DNA from: Candidatus Nomurabacteria bacterium
GTDB lineage: Bacteria > Patescibacteriota > Minisyncoccia > Phycocordibacterales > UBA5272
Direction: 5' to 3'
NCBI GenBank assembly: GCA_040376695.1
Contig: JBEIQD010000003.1
Coordinates: forward strand, 1,789 to 65,788
DNA: 64,000 nucleotides
A program made the translations under genes and the position numbers. The notes below the pieces were generated by a model. It was not told where the DNA came from. It saw only the letters and a program-made list of their open reading frames with translations, and searched no databases. This document shows, in pieces, positions 37,925 through 49,042 of the stretch (its first letter is position 1; every line of letters starts with the position of its first letter).

Positions 37925-39655
37925 ATGAATATCTCCCTGGATGAGCTCCATCCGCTTACTCTTACGCTCCTTAAAAAAAGGGGAATAGAGGAATCAAACA
38001 TGATGGATTTTCTGAATCCTTCGTACGAGAAACATGTTGGCGACCCATTTCAGATATATGGAATACCTAAGGCTGTAGAAAGAATACTGCTCGCACTTCA
38101 CAGAAAAGAGAAGATTGCGATTTACAGTGATTATGATTGTGATGGGATTCCGGGCGGTGTGCTTCTACGTGAATTCTTTGATGGGATTGGGTACCCAGTA
38201 GATATTTACGTGCCGCATCGTCATAACGAAGGATATGGAGTGCACAACCATGCAATCGATCTTCTTAAGGAGAAAGGTATCAGTCTGATCATTACGGTTG
38301 ACTTAGCTATTACTAATATTGAGGAGATTGCGTACGCTAAGTCTGTTGGTGTTGATTTCATTGTGACTGATCACCATTTACCTATACACATGGAGGGGAA
38401 AGGGCAGGTGGTGCCTGATGCTGTTGCTGTTATTAATTCAAAACAAGATCTTTGTACCTATGATGATGATATGTTGTGTGGGTGTGCTGTGGCCTGGAAA
38501 CTTGCCTGCGCGGTGCTTTCTCAGCTGCGAATAGAGTCAGTGAATGATGAGGTGTATCAAAAAGTACAGACACTTCCGCTTGGTTGGGAAAAATGGATGC
38601 TTGATTTGGTTGGTATTTCAACAATTGCTGATATGGTACCGCTTCAGAAAGAAAATAGAGCACTTGCTCACTATGGTTTGAGGGTTCTTCAGAAAACAAA
38701 ACGTCCGGGGTTGTTGCACATATTTAATGAGCAGCGCATGAAAAAAGAGAATCTTACGGAAGAAGATATTGCTTTTACTATTGCACCAAGGATTAATGCA
38801 GCAGGGAGAATGGGTTCACCAATTCAGGCACATCATATGTTGTATGAGAAAGATGTAGTAAAGGCAGAGAATTTTGCGCGCGATTTGGAACTTTTAAATA
38901 TTGAACGAAAAGCAGGAGTAAAGGATATTACTGAAGGTATCGACTTTAATAGTTTACGTCCAAGACGCGAATCTGCTGATTCGAATAACGTTGTGGTAGT
39001 GGGGGATATGAGCTGGGGACCAGGAATCCTTGGACTTATTGCTCAGAAGATAATTGATGAAACGGGAAAACCGACGTTTGTGTGGGGGCAAGGGGACGAT
39101 AAGACAACTGTGAAAGGATCATGTCGCTCAAAAGGGGATGTGCATGTTGTGGAATTGATGGCGAGAGTTCAAGAACTTTTTCCTGGAGTTATTACGCATT
39201 CTGGTGGACATGAACAAGCGGGAGGCTTTTCATGTGCTGTTGATAGAATTAGTGAACTTTCAGAAGCATTAAATGAGTCATATAAACATGTTGAGCTACA
39301 AGAGCTCGGTAACCAAGAGATTCTTATTGATGCAGAGCTTGGTATGGATGATATTCACGAAGTAACGTATCGCGCTATTTCACCCCTTGCGCCATTTGGT
39401 GTTGGAAATCCAAAGCCTGTGTTTAGTTTCAAAGACGTTACACCATTATCAGTGCGAAGATTTGGAAAGAAGAGTGAACATTTAGAAGTTGTCTATCCGC
39501 GAACTAAAGGGGGGCAGGTAAAATCCATTAAGTTTTTTGTAGATAAAGATATGGAAACAAAAGCTACACAGCCACACACACTTTTAGCTCACATGGAAAA
39601 AAGTTATTTTGCAGGGAAGACGGAACTACGACTGAGAATCGTTGATATCAGGTAG
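37925..39655 (+). CDS. recJ: ssDNA exonuclease RecJ
   Basis: DYDCDG, TDHH, APRINAAGR and GGHEQAGG motifs. Confidence 0.95.
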   Translation: MNISLDELHPLTLTLLKKRGIEESNMMDFLNPSYEKHVGDPFQIYGIPKAVERILLALHRKEKIAIYSDYDCDGIPGGVLLREFFDGIGYPVDIYVPHRHNEGYGVHNHAIDLLKEKGISLIITVDLAITNIEEIAYAKSVGVDFIVTDHHLPIHMEGKGQVVPDAVAVINSKQDLCTYDDDMLCGCAVAWKLACAVLSQLRIESVNDEVYQKVQTLPLGWEKWMLDLVGISTIADMVPLQKENRALAHYGLRVLQKTKRPGLLHIFNEQRMKKENLTEEDIAFTIAPRINAAGRMGSPIQAHHMLYEKDVVKAENFARDLELLNIERKAGVKDITEGIDFNSLRPRRESADSNNVVVVGDMSWGPGILGLIAQKIIDETGKPTFVWGQGDDKTTVKGSCRSKGDVHVVELMARVQELFPGVITHSGGHEQAGGFSCAVDRISELSEALNESYKHVELQELGNQEILIDAELGMDDIHEVTYRAISPLAPFGVGNPKPVFSFKDVTPLSVRRFGKKSEHLEVVYPRTKGGQVKSIKFFVDKDMETKATQPHTLLAHMEKSYFAGKTELRLRIVDIR

Positions 39656-39670
39656 TGGTATACTTTCCCT

Positions 39671-40186
39671 ATGAAATTAAGTATCTATACGGACGGATCA
39701 AGTCGCGGGAACCCAGGTCCTGGTGGTTGGGCGGCAATTATTATTACGGAAGCAGAGGTGATTGAGTTGGGAGGGTTTGAGGATCACACAACTAACAATC
39801 GCATGGAGCTTATGGGGGCCATTAAGGGTCTGCGAGAAATTGGGCCACATATGCATGTTGAATCAGTAGAAATATTTACTGATAGTCAATATGTGAAGAA
39901 AGGGATGAGTGAATGGATTACTGGGTGGATTGCTAAGGGATGGAAAACTTCAACGAAGAAACCAGTGCTCAATCAAGATCTATGGGAAGAACTTCACGCA
40001 GAAGAGAAGCGATTAAAAAATGCAGGAGTCGCGATTGTATGGACATACGTTCGTGCTCATGTGGGTGTTCCTCTGAACGAACGAGCAGACGTGATCGCTA
40101 CATCATGCGCTGATTCAGTCATAGAAAAAGGCGCAACTAATTTGCAACTATACAGAGGGAGAAAAGGTGACTATTCTTATTTCTAG
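39671..40186 (+). CDS. rnhA: ribonuclease HI
   Basis: YTDGSSRGNPGPGG, TTNNRMEL and NERAD motifs. Confidence 0.95.
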   Translation: MKLSIYTDGSSRGNPGPGGWAAIIITEAEVIELGGFEDHTTNNRMELMGAIKGLREIGPHMHVESVEIFTDSQYVKKGMSEWITGWIAKGWKTSTKKPVLNQDLWEELHAEEKRLKNAGVAIVWTYVRAHVGVPLNERADVIATSCADSVIEKGATNLQLYRGRKGDYSYF

Positions 40187-40201
40187 AAACCTCAGCCAGG
40201 C

Positions 40202-41722
40202 ATGCACCTAAAAACAATTATTTTTGTACTAGGGGTTGCCGCAGGAATTACTATTGGATTTGTTTCTTCGTTTGCGACTGAAATGATAGTTGCAGTACTA
40301 GTGCTCGCTGCAGTTCAGACAAGTATAGTGTTCGTGAGTAAATATTGGAGAAGAGAGTCGCATGTCAAAGACATGCGACTCTCTTTGTTTACAATATTGT
40401 TCTGTGTTGGAGTTGTGCTTGGCGCTGTACGTACGCAATTTGTTGAAGAAAAAATTCCATACGCATGTGAGTCATCATGTGTCTTTGACGCAACAATTAT
40501 TTCATTCCCTGAAACAAAAGATGCCTATCAAGTTTTTACTGTGCGACCAGTTGAAGCGGAACGCGTAACATATGATGTACAAATTCGTGCACCGCTCTAT
40601 CCACGTTTCAAAATAGGGGAGACAGTGAGTGTCCAAGGTAAATCACTTTTGCCAAGTGTGATTATGCCACATAACGGAGAAAAAAGTTTTGATTATATTT
40701 CGTATCTTCATACAAAAAATATTGGAAGCGAGATGATGTTTCCAAGTATAGAAGTAGTGGATAGTGAAGCTCACTCGGTGCAAGAATATTTAGGAAGATG
40801 GAAAGAAGATTTAATTATGCGATTAGGTTTGTACGTTTCTTCCCCAGCGTCTGCACTTTCAAGCGGAATGCTCTTTGGAGATTCTTCTATGTCGAAAGAA
40901 CTTATTCAAACATTTCGCACCTCAGGACTTTCACACATTGTTGTTCTCTCTGGTTTTAACATTGCAATTGTTATCACGTCCATTTTATTTGTGTTCATGT
41001 TTTTGCCACTTGTTATGCGTATTGCACTCGCTTCATTTTTTGTCATTATGTTTGTGATGATGGTAGGAGGGGAGGCAAGTGTGATGAGAGCAACTGCGAT
41101 GGCGTTCATCGGATTACTTGCGACACTTCTTGGTCGAGCGTATGTTGCGCGCCAAGCACTCATCATTTCTTTCCTTGCAATCATTCTGTACGAACCACAA
41201 GCACTACGTGCGGATGCCTCTCTTCATCTTTCATTTCTCGCAACCGCAGGAATTGTCTATGCGAGTGCTCCACTAGAAAAGATTCTACAAAAGTATATGA
41301 AGAATAAATATATGCTTTCACTTTTCACAACAACTCTCGCTGCGTATTTCGCCACACTCCCGTATGTCATGTATACATTTGGAACAGTCTCACTGTATGC
41401 GCTCATTGCAAACGTACTCGTACTTCCACTGATTCCAATCACCATGCTATTGTCTTTTATAGTTGTTTGCATGTCCTATATGTCTGAAACTTTGTCGCTT
41501 GGTTTTGGGTTCGTGGATACTCTAGTGAGTAACATAATTCTTTTTGTTGCACGTATTGTGGAAGCCTTACCCTTTTCAAGTAGTAGTTTTTCTATCTCAT
41601 TCACAGGTATGTGTGTCATGTATCTAGGCGTTTCATTACTTGTTATATATCTACATAACAAAAAGAATGAAACGATTGAAACAACAACGGAGGGATATCT
41701 TACAGATATAATTAAATACTAA
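40202..41722 (+). CDS. comEC: ComEC competence channel (membrane domain)
   Basis: GLSHIVVLSGFNI, ASVMRA and LSFLAT motifs. Confidence 0.92.
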   Translation: MHLKTIIFVLGVAAGITIGFVSSFATEMIVAVLVLAAVQTSIVFVSKYWRRESHVKDMRLSLFTILFCVGVVLGAVRTQFVEEKIPYACESSCVFDATIISFPETKDAYQVFTVRPVEAERVTYDVQIRAPLYPRFKIGETVSVQGKSLLPSVIMPHNGEKSFDYISYLHTKNIGSEMMFPSIEVVDSEAHSVQEYLGRWKEDLIMRLGLYVSSPASALSSGMLFGDSSMSKELIQTFRTSGLSHIVVLSGFNIAIVITSILFVFMFLPLVMRIALASFFVIMFVMMVGGEASVMRATAMAFIGLLATLLGRAYVARQALIISFLAIILYEPQALRADASLHLSFLATAGIVYASAPLEKILQKYMKNKYMLSLFTTTLAAYFATLPYVMYTFGTVSLYALIANVLVLPLIPITMLLSFIVVCMSYMSETLSLGFGFVDTLVSNIILFVARIVEALPFSSSSFSISFTGMCVMYLGVSLLVIYLHNKKNETIETTTEGYLTDIIKY

Positions 41723-41734
41723 TCTCTGTAAATT

Positions 41735-42313
41735 CTACTGTTTAGCTAATTTCTTAGAAATATTTTTGTAAACGATGAACGCAATCGTGAGTCCTATGAT
41801 AAGTGAAACGCCAAGGAAAGAAGAGAGTGAGACGTTCTCACCAAACACATATCCAAGGTATATGATTCCTGTTGCCCAGATGGTTGATGCTACGAGAAAG
41901 ATTCCGAGCGTGAGAAGGGTCGGTGTTCTAGCAATACCAGCGACGATTGGAATGAATGCTTTTACTGACGGAGTAAGTTTCCCTAAAAAAATCCACCACA
42001 TACCACGACGAGAAAAAGTGTCCGAGAGAGCGCCGTGAACTGCATTAAATGTTTGCTCATTCATCATCAGCATTTTACGAGCAAGTGGTCGTTCATATTT
42101 TTTAATGAGAGAGTAGGTGATGAAATTACCTATCGTGTTTCCAAGTGCTCCAGCAAGCACTGCTCCAGCAAACAATACATTTCCTGTGCTCACAAAGTAG
42201 CCGACAATAAGATAGAGAATTTGAGATGACGGAAAATTGACGACACCGTTTGCGAGCATCATGAAAAATATCGCAGCGTACGATCCAGAGAGAATGAGTG
42301 AGTGTAAGTCCAT
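41735..42313 (-). CDS. DedA-family membrane protein
   Basis: FPSSQI, GNTIGNFITY and FIPIVAG motifs. Confidence 0.8.
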   Translation of the reverse strand: MDLHSLILSGSYAAIFFMMLANGVVNFPSSQILYLIVGYFVSTGNVLFAGAVLAGALGNTIGNFITYSLIKKYERPLARKMLMMNEQTFNAVHGALSDTFSRRGMWWIFLGKLTPSVKAFIPIVAGIARTPTLLTLGIFLVASTIWATGIIYLGYVFGENVSLSSFLGVSLIIGLTIAFIVYKNISKKLAKQ

Positions 42314-42388
42314 GAGGCTAGTGTACTAGAGAAGTAAGGTGACATCCACACGAGAGCAAATGAACAGATGGGGTGCTACCATTATGGT

Positions 42389-43291
42389 ATGAACATATGG
42401 TTGGAAGGTAGAAGAAAAAGTATAGAATCTTTTTTCGACAACTATGGAAAAGTTAGCATTGTTTCCTTTTCATTTTTCCTGAGCATTATATCTGTGTGTG
42501 TACTTGTGACTCTCATTGCTCCACAAAAGTTACGAGTATCATTTTTAGATGTTGGACAAGGTGACTCAATTTTTATACAAACACCAAGTGGACACACTAT
42601 GCTTGTTGATGGCGGAGCGAGCGATGTTGTTCTCACACGATTAGGTGAGGAGATGAATTATTTCAACAAGAATATCGACGTGATGGTAGCAACGCACGGA
42701 GATGCAGATCACGTCACGGGACTTATTCCAATACTGGAAAAATATACTGTCGAAAATATTGTTGTGTCGCCCGTACAAGCTGAAACTTCAATTTTTTCTG
42801 ATCTTGAAAAACACATACAAAAAGAGAATGGAAATGTGTACGTTGGTGCACGAGGTGACGAGATTGATTTTGGTGACGGAGTGGTTGCTCACATTCTCTA
42901 TCCGCAGAAAAATATTTCAGAGAGGACGGATACAAATGATACGTCAGTAAGTCTTGTGCTTACCTACGGAGATCATTCATTTTTGTTAACAGGAGATTTA
43001 ACGAGTACGTATGAACCACAACTTTTAGGAACTTCACTTCCTAAAAATCTAACCGTGTATAAAGCTGGACACCATGGTTCCAAAACTTCATCAGGTGTTC
43101 AGTTACTTACTTATATTCGACCAGAGTATTCAGTCATCAGTGCGGGGAAAGAAAATAAATATGGACACCCAAATCCAGAAACAGTAGAGCGATTACAAAT
43201 ATACAGCAAAGAAATTCTCTCAACGATTGATCATGGAACAATCTCATTTGAGAGCGATGGAAGAATAGTTGAGCTAGAGATTACTAAATAG
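42389..43291 (+). CDS. ComEC-type metallo-beta-lactamase domain protein
   Basis: FLDVGQGDS, THGDADH, GHHGSKTS and NKYGHP motifs. Confidence 0.92.
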   Translation: MNIWLEGRRKSIESFFDNYGKVSIVSFSFFLSIISVCVLVTLIAPQKLRVSFLDVGQGDSIFIQTPSGHTMLVDGGASDVVLTRLGEEMNYFNKNIDVMVATHGDADHVTGLIPILEKYTVENIVVSPVQAETSIFSDLEKHIQKENGNVYVGARGDEIDFGDGVVAHILYPQKNISERTDTNDTSVSLVLTYGDHSFLLTGDLTSTYEPQLLGTSLPKNLTVYKAGHHGSKTSSGVQLLTYIRPEYSVISAGKENKYGHPNPETVERLQIYSKEILSTIDHGTISFESDGRIVELEITK

Positions 43292-43310
43292 CGCAAGTAA
43301 TTTGCACATA

Positions 43311-43688
43311 CTATAAACTAGAAACGGTAAATTGGATCCCTAATTCTTTTGTTGCTTGTTCTAAAACATGAAGGTAGGGAAGTAAGCTTGTGTCTTCTGG
43401 TCTTGTGTAGAAGATGATTTCAGTTACGGCACTCTCTTTAATTTGGCCTACTACTAGTGAGACAATTTTCTGGATACTATCCTCTGAAAGCAGGTGATCA
43501 TAGTACTCTATTTCTTTATTCTCAGATATGAGCCCATGTTTCCCGGAAAGAATAAAGAAAGGAATGTTTGAAGCGTGAGCAGTATCTCTAATAGAGAGGA
43601 TGCGTGCAGAGGTGTATCGTTTCCAGGCAGGAAGAAATCCTTCATTTTTTACTTTTTCTTTACTGCAGAAAGTACAGAGTATTTTCAT
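43311..43688 (-). CDS. DUF6884-like hypothetical protein
   Basis: CSKEK...RYTS...FILSGKHGLI...YD pattern. Confidence 0.6.
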   Translation of the reverse strand: MKILCTFCSKEKVKNEGFLPAWKRYTSARILSIRDTAHASNIPFFILSGKHGLISENKEIEYYDHLLSEDSIQKIVSLVVGQIKESAVTEIIFYTRPEDTSLLPYLHVLEQATKELGIQFTVSSL

Positions 43689-43774
43689 GAGGTTACGGTT
43701 TTAGTATAACAAAAGTGACGTAGTGAGTATTTTAGGTTAGAATTGTATCTTGTTCATTAAGAGGAAAGTGGTTG

Positions 43775-43915
43775 ATGGCTGAAAAAGAAAAGATTCCCCA
43801 TGGCAAGGAGCACTTGCTCCAAAGATTCATTCCCAATCTTTCAGAAAAGGATCAAGAAAGGAAACTAAAAGCAGCAGCTCAAAAACGATCAGTCGAAAGA
43901 GAAAGGGAGAAATAG
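43775..43915 (+). CDS. unannotated 46-aa charged small protein
   Basis: MAEKEKIPHGKEHLLQRFIPNLSEKDQERKLKAAAQKRSVEREREK; GTGACG-17-TAGAAT promoter, SD GAGGAAAG, terminator directly after the stop. Confidence 0.65.
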   Translation: MAEKEKIPHGKEHLLQRFIPNLSEKDQERKLKAAAQKRSVEREREK

Positions 43916-43916
43916 A

Positions 43917-43943
43917 AAAGCGCGACCAATTGGTCGCGCTTTT
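43917..43943. terminator. bidirectional terminator
   Basis: aaagcgcgaccaa|ttggtcgcgctttt. Confidence 0.85.
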
Positions 43944-43982
43944 GAATTAGTAAATTCACGGCTTGGCCGTAAATAAATCAGG

Positions 43983-44186
43983 TTAGAGCTTGATCTGGAG
44001 GTGAAGTCCACGCTTCATGCAAGATGTACAAATCTTTACACGAGGTCCGTTAGGAATACGTGCCCACTGGAGGTTTGGGTACTTACGACGGTTGCCTGCT
44101 GGGTTGAATTTAGTAGCACGAACAGAGTTAGAATATTTTCCAACGACTTTTGAGCCTTTTAGACAGAGTGGACAGATGTTTGCCAT
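43983..44186 (-). CDS. rpmB: 50S ribosomal protein L28 (Zn-ribbon form)
   Basis: CPLC...RRKYPNLQ...KICTSCMK. Confidence 0.85.
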   Translation of the reverse strand: MANICPLCLKGSKVVGKYSNSVRATKFNPAGNRRKYPNLQWARIPNGPRVKICTSCMKRGLHLQIKL

Positions 44187-44343
44187 AAAATTAGAGATTT
44201 AGACACCAGATAATAGATACAAAAGCATCTAAAATCAAAGTTCCTAAATACTATCATGATTTTACCTGCGCCGCAAGAGCCCTACGTCCTCTAAACCTAT
44301 ATACCCATGCTTAAAATGAGCCGCCCTTGCTATACTCATATCT

Positions 44344-44964
44344 ATGATAGAAGCTATAAACATTTCACAAGCCATCTTTACGTTCATTGTTATAATCTAC
44401 TCGATTATTCTCCATGAAATAGCTCACGGCTATGCCGCATACATCCAAGGAGACGAAACGGCTTATAGAATGGGGAGATTAACCCTTAATCCACTGCCCC
44501 ACATCGATATGGTGGGTAGTGTGTTTGTACCGTTATTTGCGTTCCTCAGCCTAGGAACATTCTTCGGATGGGCAAACCCAGTTCCGTATAACGTTCATAA
44601 CATTCGTACCAAGATTGGTCACGCTTTCGTTGCAGCGGCAGGAGTTTTAACGAATCTCCTCCTCGCTCTCCTTACAGGAATAGTATTTAAGGTGCTTGCA
44701 GCACAAGGGGTTCTAACGTATGACATGGGTGTTGCGCTCCTCACTATCATCAAGATAAACGTTTCACTCGCATTCTTTAACCTAATTCCTGTTCCACCGT
44801 TTGACGGAATGAGTATTCTTCAAGCGCTTTTCCCACGACTTCATATAAATTCAAGGGTTATCTACAATCCGCTCTATATGATAGGAGCAATTTTGGTGGC
44901 ATCTGTCCTTTACAGTATGTTCATGCCAACACTCTTTGGTTGGGTTACCTCGCTTCTCTCGTAA
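44344..44964 (+). CDS. site-2 protease (M50 family)
   Basis: LHEIAHG, GRLTLNP and FNLIPVPPFDG motifs. Confidence 0.93.
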   Translation: MIEAINISQAIFTFIVIIYSIILHEIAHGYAAYIQGDETAYRMGRLTLNPLPHIDMVGSVFVPLFAFLSLGTFFGWANPVPYNVHNIRTKIGHAFVAAAGVLTNLLLALLTGIVFKVLAAQGVLTYDMGVALLTIIKINVSLAFFNLIPVPPFDGMSILQALFPRLHINSRVIYNPLYMIGAILVASVLYSMFMPTLFGWVTSLLS

Positions 44965-45040
44965 ATATATGAAAGTTGTCCACAGTTAAGGACATTCATT
45001 GTCTTTTATATATGTCCTTTTAACGTATACTGAATGGACG

Positions 45041-45547
45041 ATGAAATCTTCTGTAAAAGTTAACCAACGCCCAACCTCTCGCGCAACCGTAAAAAGCGCT
45101 CCTAAGAAAAGCGTTTCATCACGCGTAGTCAGAAAAAATACAAGCTCTCTTTCTCGAATTGGATATGCCACCAAGCGTTACGGGAAACAAACTCTTCGAG
45201 ATATATTACTTTCAAAAACATTTCACAGCTCGTTTAAAGTATTAGTGGGTCTTCTTATCTCTGGGTCGGCGCTCTACGGTGCGTATGCCTTCATTGGAAA
45301 CAGTATCGCTAACGATGTCGTTGTTTCAAAGTCTGAAATCTTAGCACGAGTTGCAAAACACACCCCATTACCGGAAGGTGAACCAGAAGCTGTTGTGCGT
45401 GTGCAGGATCCAGAGTCACTCAAGAAACAGAATAATCTCTATGAAAACGTAAAAGAGGGAGATTATATAGTGATTTACCCGACTCTTGCTGTGGTGTACG
45501 ATCTTAGAAATGATCATATTGTTGCGCTGAAAAGCACACATAGGTAA
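45041..45547 (+). CDS. single-TM hypothetical protein with basic N-terminus
   Basis: LPEGEP...YENVKEGDYIVIY pattern; start after TATACT. Confidence 0.7.
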   Translation: MKSSVKVNQRPTSRATVKSAPKKSVSSRVVRKNTSSLSRIGYATKRYGKQTLRDILLSKTFHSSFKVLVGLLISGSALYGAYAFIGNSIANDVVVSKSEILARVAKHTPLPEGEPEAVVRVQDPESLKKQNNLYENVKEGDYIVIYPTLAVVYDLRNDHIVALKSTHR

Positions 45548-45647
45548 AGTTTTCTTGTTCGTGTAGCTTAAAAAGTAAGCAAAAGCGAACGGGAGGTCTT
45601 GCAAAAACAGAGTATATTTGTTATAGTTGCAACCACTATTTAAGCGT

Positions 45648-46082
45648 ATGCCAACAATCAGCCAACTCGTAAAGAAATCAAGAAAGCAGGTGACAAAGAA
45701 GTCACGTTCAATTGCTATGGGAAAAGGATTCAATGCAATCCAGAACAAGCCAAATTTTTATAATTCACCATTTAAGCGTGGAGTATGTCTCAAGGTTTCA
45801 ACAACAACTCCAAAGAAGCCTAACTCAGCGCTTCGTAAAATCGCTCGTGTGCGCCTTACAAACGGAATGGAAGTAACAGCATACATTCCAGGAGAAAAGC
45901 ACAAGCTACAGGAACACTCAGTGGTTATCCTGCGAGGTGGACGTGTTAAGGACTTGGCGGGAGTACGTTACCACATCGTTCGCGGACGATTGGACGCCAC
46001 AGGAGTAGAAGCACGACGACAGAGTCGTTCGCTCTACGGAGCAAAGACTCCAAAGACAGCAGCTCCAGCAAAGAAGAAGTAA
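45648..46082 (+). CDS. rpsL: 30S ribosomal protein S12
   Basis: MPTISQLV and [10 protein letters not shown] motifs. Confidence 0.98.
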   Translation: MPTISQLVKKSRKQVTKKSRSIAMGKGFNAIQNKPNFYNSPFKRGVCLKVSTTTPKKPNSALRKIARVRLTNGMEVTAYIPGEKHKLQEHSVVILRGGRVKDLAGVRYHIVRGRLDATGVEARRQSRSLYGAKTPKTAAPAKKK

Positions 46083-46086
46083 TAAT

Positions 46087-46117
46087 AAAAGCGGAATCGA
46101 AAGATTTCGCTTTTATT
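46087..46117 (+). terminator. terminator between rpsL and rpsG
   Basis: aaaagcggaatc-gaaa-gatttcgctttt. Confidence 0.75.
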
Positions 46118-46245
46118 TTGCCTTTTTTGCTTATTTGTTGTAGTATTACCCCACTTGTTAATCAAGGAATGAAGTAATTACTGAATTTAACTCTTGCAGA
46201 GTACCGCTACTTCCGGGAACGTTCACGCAAGAAACAACTAATACT

Positions 46246-46716
46246 ATGCGAAGAAAAGTAAAGAATCGAAACATTGTTGGGCCAGACGCAAAGTATGACT
46301 CAACTAAGGTTTCAAAGTTTATCAACTATGTGATGCAGGGTGGAAAGAAATCAACTGCTCAGGAAATCGTATACGGAGCTTTCGATATCATCAAAGAAAA
46401 GATGAAAATCGAAGACCCACTTGAGGTTTTCAACATGGCGCTTCAAAATGCTGGTCCTGTAACAGAAGTTCGTTCACGCCGTATTGGTGGAGCAAACTAC
46501 CAGGTTCCTCGTGAAGTACGTGATGATCGTCGTTTCATGCTTGCATTCCGTTGGATTATTGATGCAGCAAGCGCTAAAAAGGGAAAGGCAATGAAGGTAA
46601 AGCTTGCTGATGAACTTATGGCAGCCGCAAACAATGAAGGAACTGCAGTTAAGAAGAAGGAAGATACTCACCGAATGGCAGAGTCAAACAAGGCTTTCGC
46701 TCACTTCGCTTGGTAA
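46246..46716 (+). CDS. rpsG: 30S ribosomal protein S7
   Basis: [11 protein letters not shown] and [12 protein letters not shown] motifs. Confidence 0.98.
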   Translation: MRRKVKNRNIVGPDAKYDSTKVSKFINYVMQGGKKSTAQEIVYGAFDIIKEKMKIEDPLEVFNMALQNAGPVTEVRSRRIGGANYQVPREVRDDRRFMLAFRWIIDAASAKKGKAMKVKLADELMAAANNEGTAVKKKEDTHRMAESNKAFAHFAW

Positions 46717-46747
46717 TTTCTAATAAATTCACTTCTTGGGAATTTAA

Positions 46748-46779
46748 AAATAAAACGCTCTACGGAGCGTTTTATTTTT
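46748..46779 (+). terminator. terminator after rpsG
   Basis: aaataaaacgctc-tacg-gagcgttttattt. Confidence 0.8.
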
Positions 46780-46886
46780 TGTATGTGTTTTAGCCTTACA
46801 CTGTAGACTCTAAGGCACTTTTGTGGTAGCATGTCGCTATTGCCTTAAGCGGCTTTTTTATTTCTTAAAAACAATTATTTATCACT

Positions 46887-49031
46887 ATGGCTCGCGATTA
46901 TCCTCTTAATAAAACACGTAACTTTGGAGTTATTGCTCACATCGACGCTGGAAAGACAACTACAACAGAACGTATTCTTTTCTATACGGGAGTTTCTCAC
47001 AAAATTGGAGAAGTGCACGATGGTGCAACTCAAATGGACTGGATGGAACAGGAACGAGAACGTGGTATCACAATCACGTCAGCTGCTACAACAGCGTTTT
47101 GGAGTCCAACATACATGCCAAAGACTGATACTTCAAAGAAATGCCGCTTTAACATCATCGACACTCCTGGACACATTGACTTCACTATCGAAGTAAAGCG
47201 ATCACTTCGCGTACTCGACGGTGCGGTTGTAGTGTTCGACGGAGTTGCTGGAGTAGAACCACAATCAGAAACAAACTGGAGATATGCATCAGATGCTATG
47301 GTTCCACGTATTTGTTTCATCAACAAACTAGACCGAATGGGAGCTAACTTCGACAAGGCGTACGACTCTATCCTCGATCGTCTTTCAAAGAAGGCAGTTC
47401 GTATGCAAATGCCAATCGGAGCAGAAGAAAACTACAACGGTATCATTGACCTTCTTACTATGAAGGAAATGACGTTCACTGGCGAAATGGGTAAGGAAGT
47501 AGGAACTGCAGAAATTCCAACTGAACTTCTCGAAGAAGCAAAGAAGCGTCGCGCTGAAATGGTTGAAAAAATTGTTGAGACAGATGAGGATCTTATGACT
47601 CAGTACCTCGAAGGTAAGGAATTCACTATTGAAGTTCTTAAGGAGACTATTCGTAAGGCCACACTTGCAAATGAACTTTTCCCAGTGTTCTGTGGATCAG
47701 CTCTTAAGAACAAAGGTGTTCAGCTTGTGCTCGACGCCGTTATCGATTATCTTCCATCACCACTTGATATTGCTGCACCAAAAGGAATTGATGGTAACAC
47801 AGGAGAACCAGTAACCGTTGAAGTGTCAGACACTGCACCGTTCACTGCACTTGCATTCAAGTCTATGGCGGATCCATTCGTTGGACAGCTTACATTCTTC
47901 CGCGTATACGCTGGAACACTTGAGGCTGGGTCATATATTTATAACTCTACAAAAGAAAAGAAAGAACGTGTATCACGTATCCTTCGTATGCATGCAAACG
48001 AACGAGAAGAAGTGAAGACTGTGTACGCTGGAGAAATTGCAGCTGCGGTAGGACTTAAAGATACTGTTACCTCAGACACAATGTGTTCTGAAGAGCACCC
48101 AATCATTCTTGAAAGAATTGTTATTCCTGAATCAGTTATTTCTATGCGTGTTGAACCAAAGACAAAGGCTGACCAGGAAAAAATGGGTATCGCACTTTCA
48201 AAGCTTGCAGTTGAAGATCCAACATTCCGTGTTGCGTCTGATCCAGAAACACTTGAAACAATTATTTCAGGTATGGGTGAACTTCACTTGGATATTATTG
48301 TTGATCGTATGAAGCGTGAATTCAACGTTGAAGCTAACACTGGTAAGCCTCAGGTTGCGTACAAGGAAACTATTCTTGGAGCAGCGTCAGGTGAAGGTAA
48401 GTACATCAAGCAATCAGGAGGTCGTGGACAGTATGGTCACGCGAAGATTAATATTCGTCCAATCGATTATTCGATTGCAAAAGAAGATCTTCCAAAGAAC
48501 ACAAAGCGATATGATGCATTTGAATTCGTAAACTCAGTGAAGGGAGGAGCAATTCCACAGGAATTCATTCCTGCTGTTGAAAAGGGACTTCGAGAATCTA
48601 TGGATCGTGGAACCTTAGCAGGATTTAAGATGGTGGACGTGTCATGTGAACTGTACGATGGAAGTTTCCACGAAGTGGACTCAAGTGAAATCGCGTTTAA
48701 GCTTGCGGCTGGAATGGCGCTAGCGGATGCTGTGTCAAAGGCGAAGCCTGTTATCCTTGAACCGATCATGAAGGTGGAAATCGTTACACCGGACAAGTTC
48801 TACGGAGATATCACAGGAAACCTATCATCAAAGCGTGGTCAGATCGAAGGAATGGACGAACGTGGCCAGGATAAGGTTGTGAAGGCTATGGTGCCGCTTT
48901 CTGAGATGTTCGGATACGTAAACAGTCTCCGTTCTATGACAGAAGGACGTGCCACATTTACAATGGAATTCGGAAAGTATGACGTTGTTCCGACAAACAT
49001 TGCAAAGGAAATTGCAGAAAATAAGAAATAG
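46887..49031 (+). CDS. fusA: elongation factor G
   Basis: [18 protein letters not shown] and GMGELHL motifs. Confidence 0.98.
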   Translation: MARDYPLNKTRNFGVIAHIDAGKTTTTERILFYTGVSHKIGEVHDGATQMDWMEQERERGITITSAATTAFWSPTYMPKTDTSKKCRFNIIDTPGHIDFTIEVKRSLRVLDGAVVVFDGVAGVEPQSETNWRYASDAMVPRICFINKLDRMGANFDKAYDSILDRLSKKAVRMQMPIGAEENYNGIIDLLTMKEMTFTGEMGKEVGTAEIPTELLEEAKKRRAEMVEKIVETDEDLMTQYLEGKEFTIEVLKETIRKATLANELFPVFCGSALKNKGVQLVLDAVIDYLPSPLDIAAPKGIDGNTGEPVTVEVSDTAPFTALAFKSMADPFVGQLTFFRVYAGTLEAGSYIYNSTKEKKERVSRILRMHANEREEVKTVYAGEIAAAVGLKDTVTSDTMCSEEHPIILERIVIPESVISMRVEPKTKADQEKMGIALSKLAVEDPTFRVASDPETLETIISGMGELHLDIIVDRMKREFNVEANTGKPQVAYKETILGAASGEGKYIKQSGGRGQYGHAKINIRPIDYSIAKEDLPKNTKRYDAFEFVNSVKGGAIPQEFIPAVEKGLRESMDRGTLAGFKMVDVSCELYDGSFHEVDSSEIAFKLAAGMALADAVSKAKPVILEPIMKVEIVTPDKFYGDITGNLSSKRGQIEGMDERGQDKVVKAMVPLSEMFGYVNSLRSMTEGRATFTMEFGKYDVVPTNIAKEIAENKK

Positions 49032-49042
49032 TCACTATTTTA

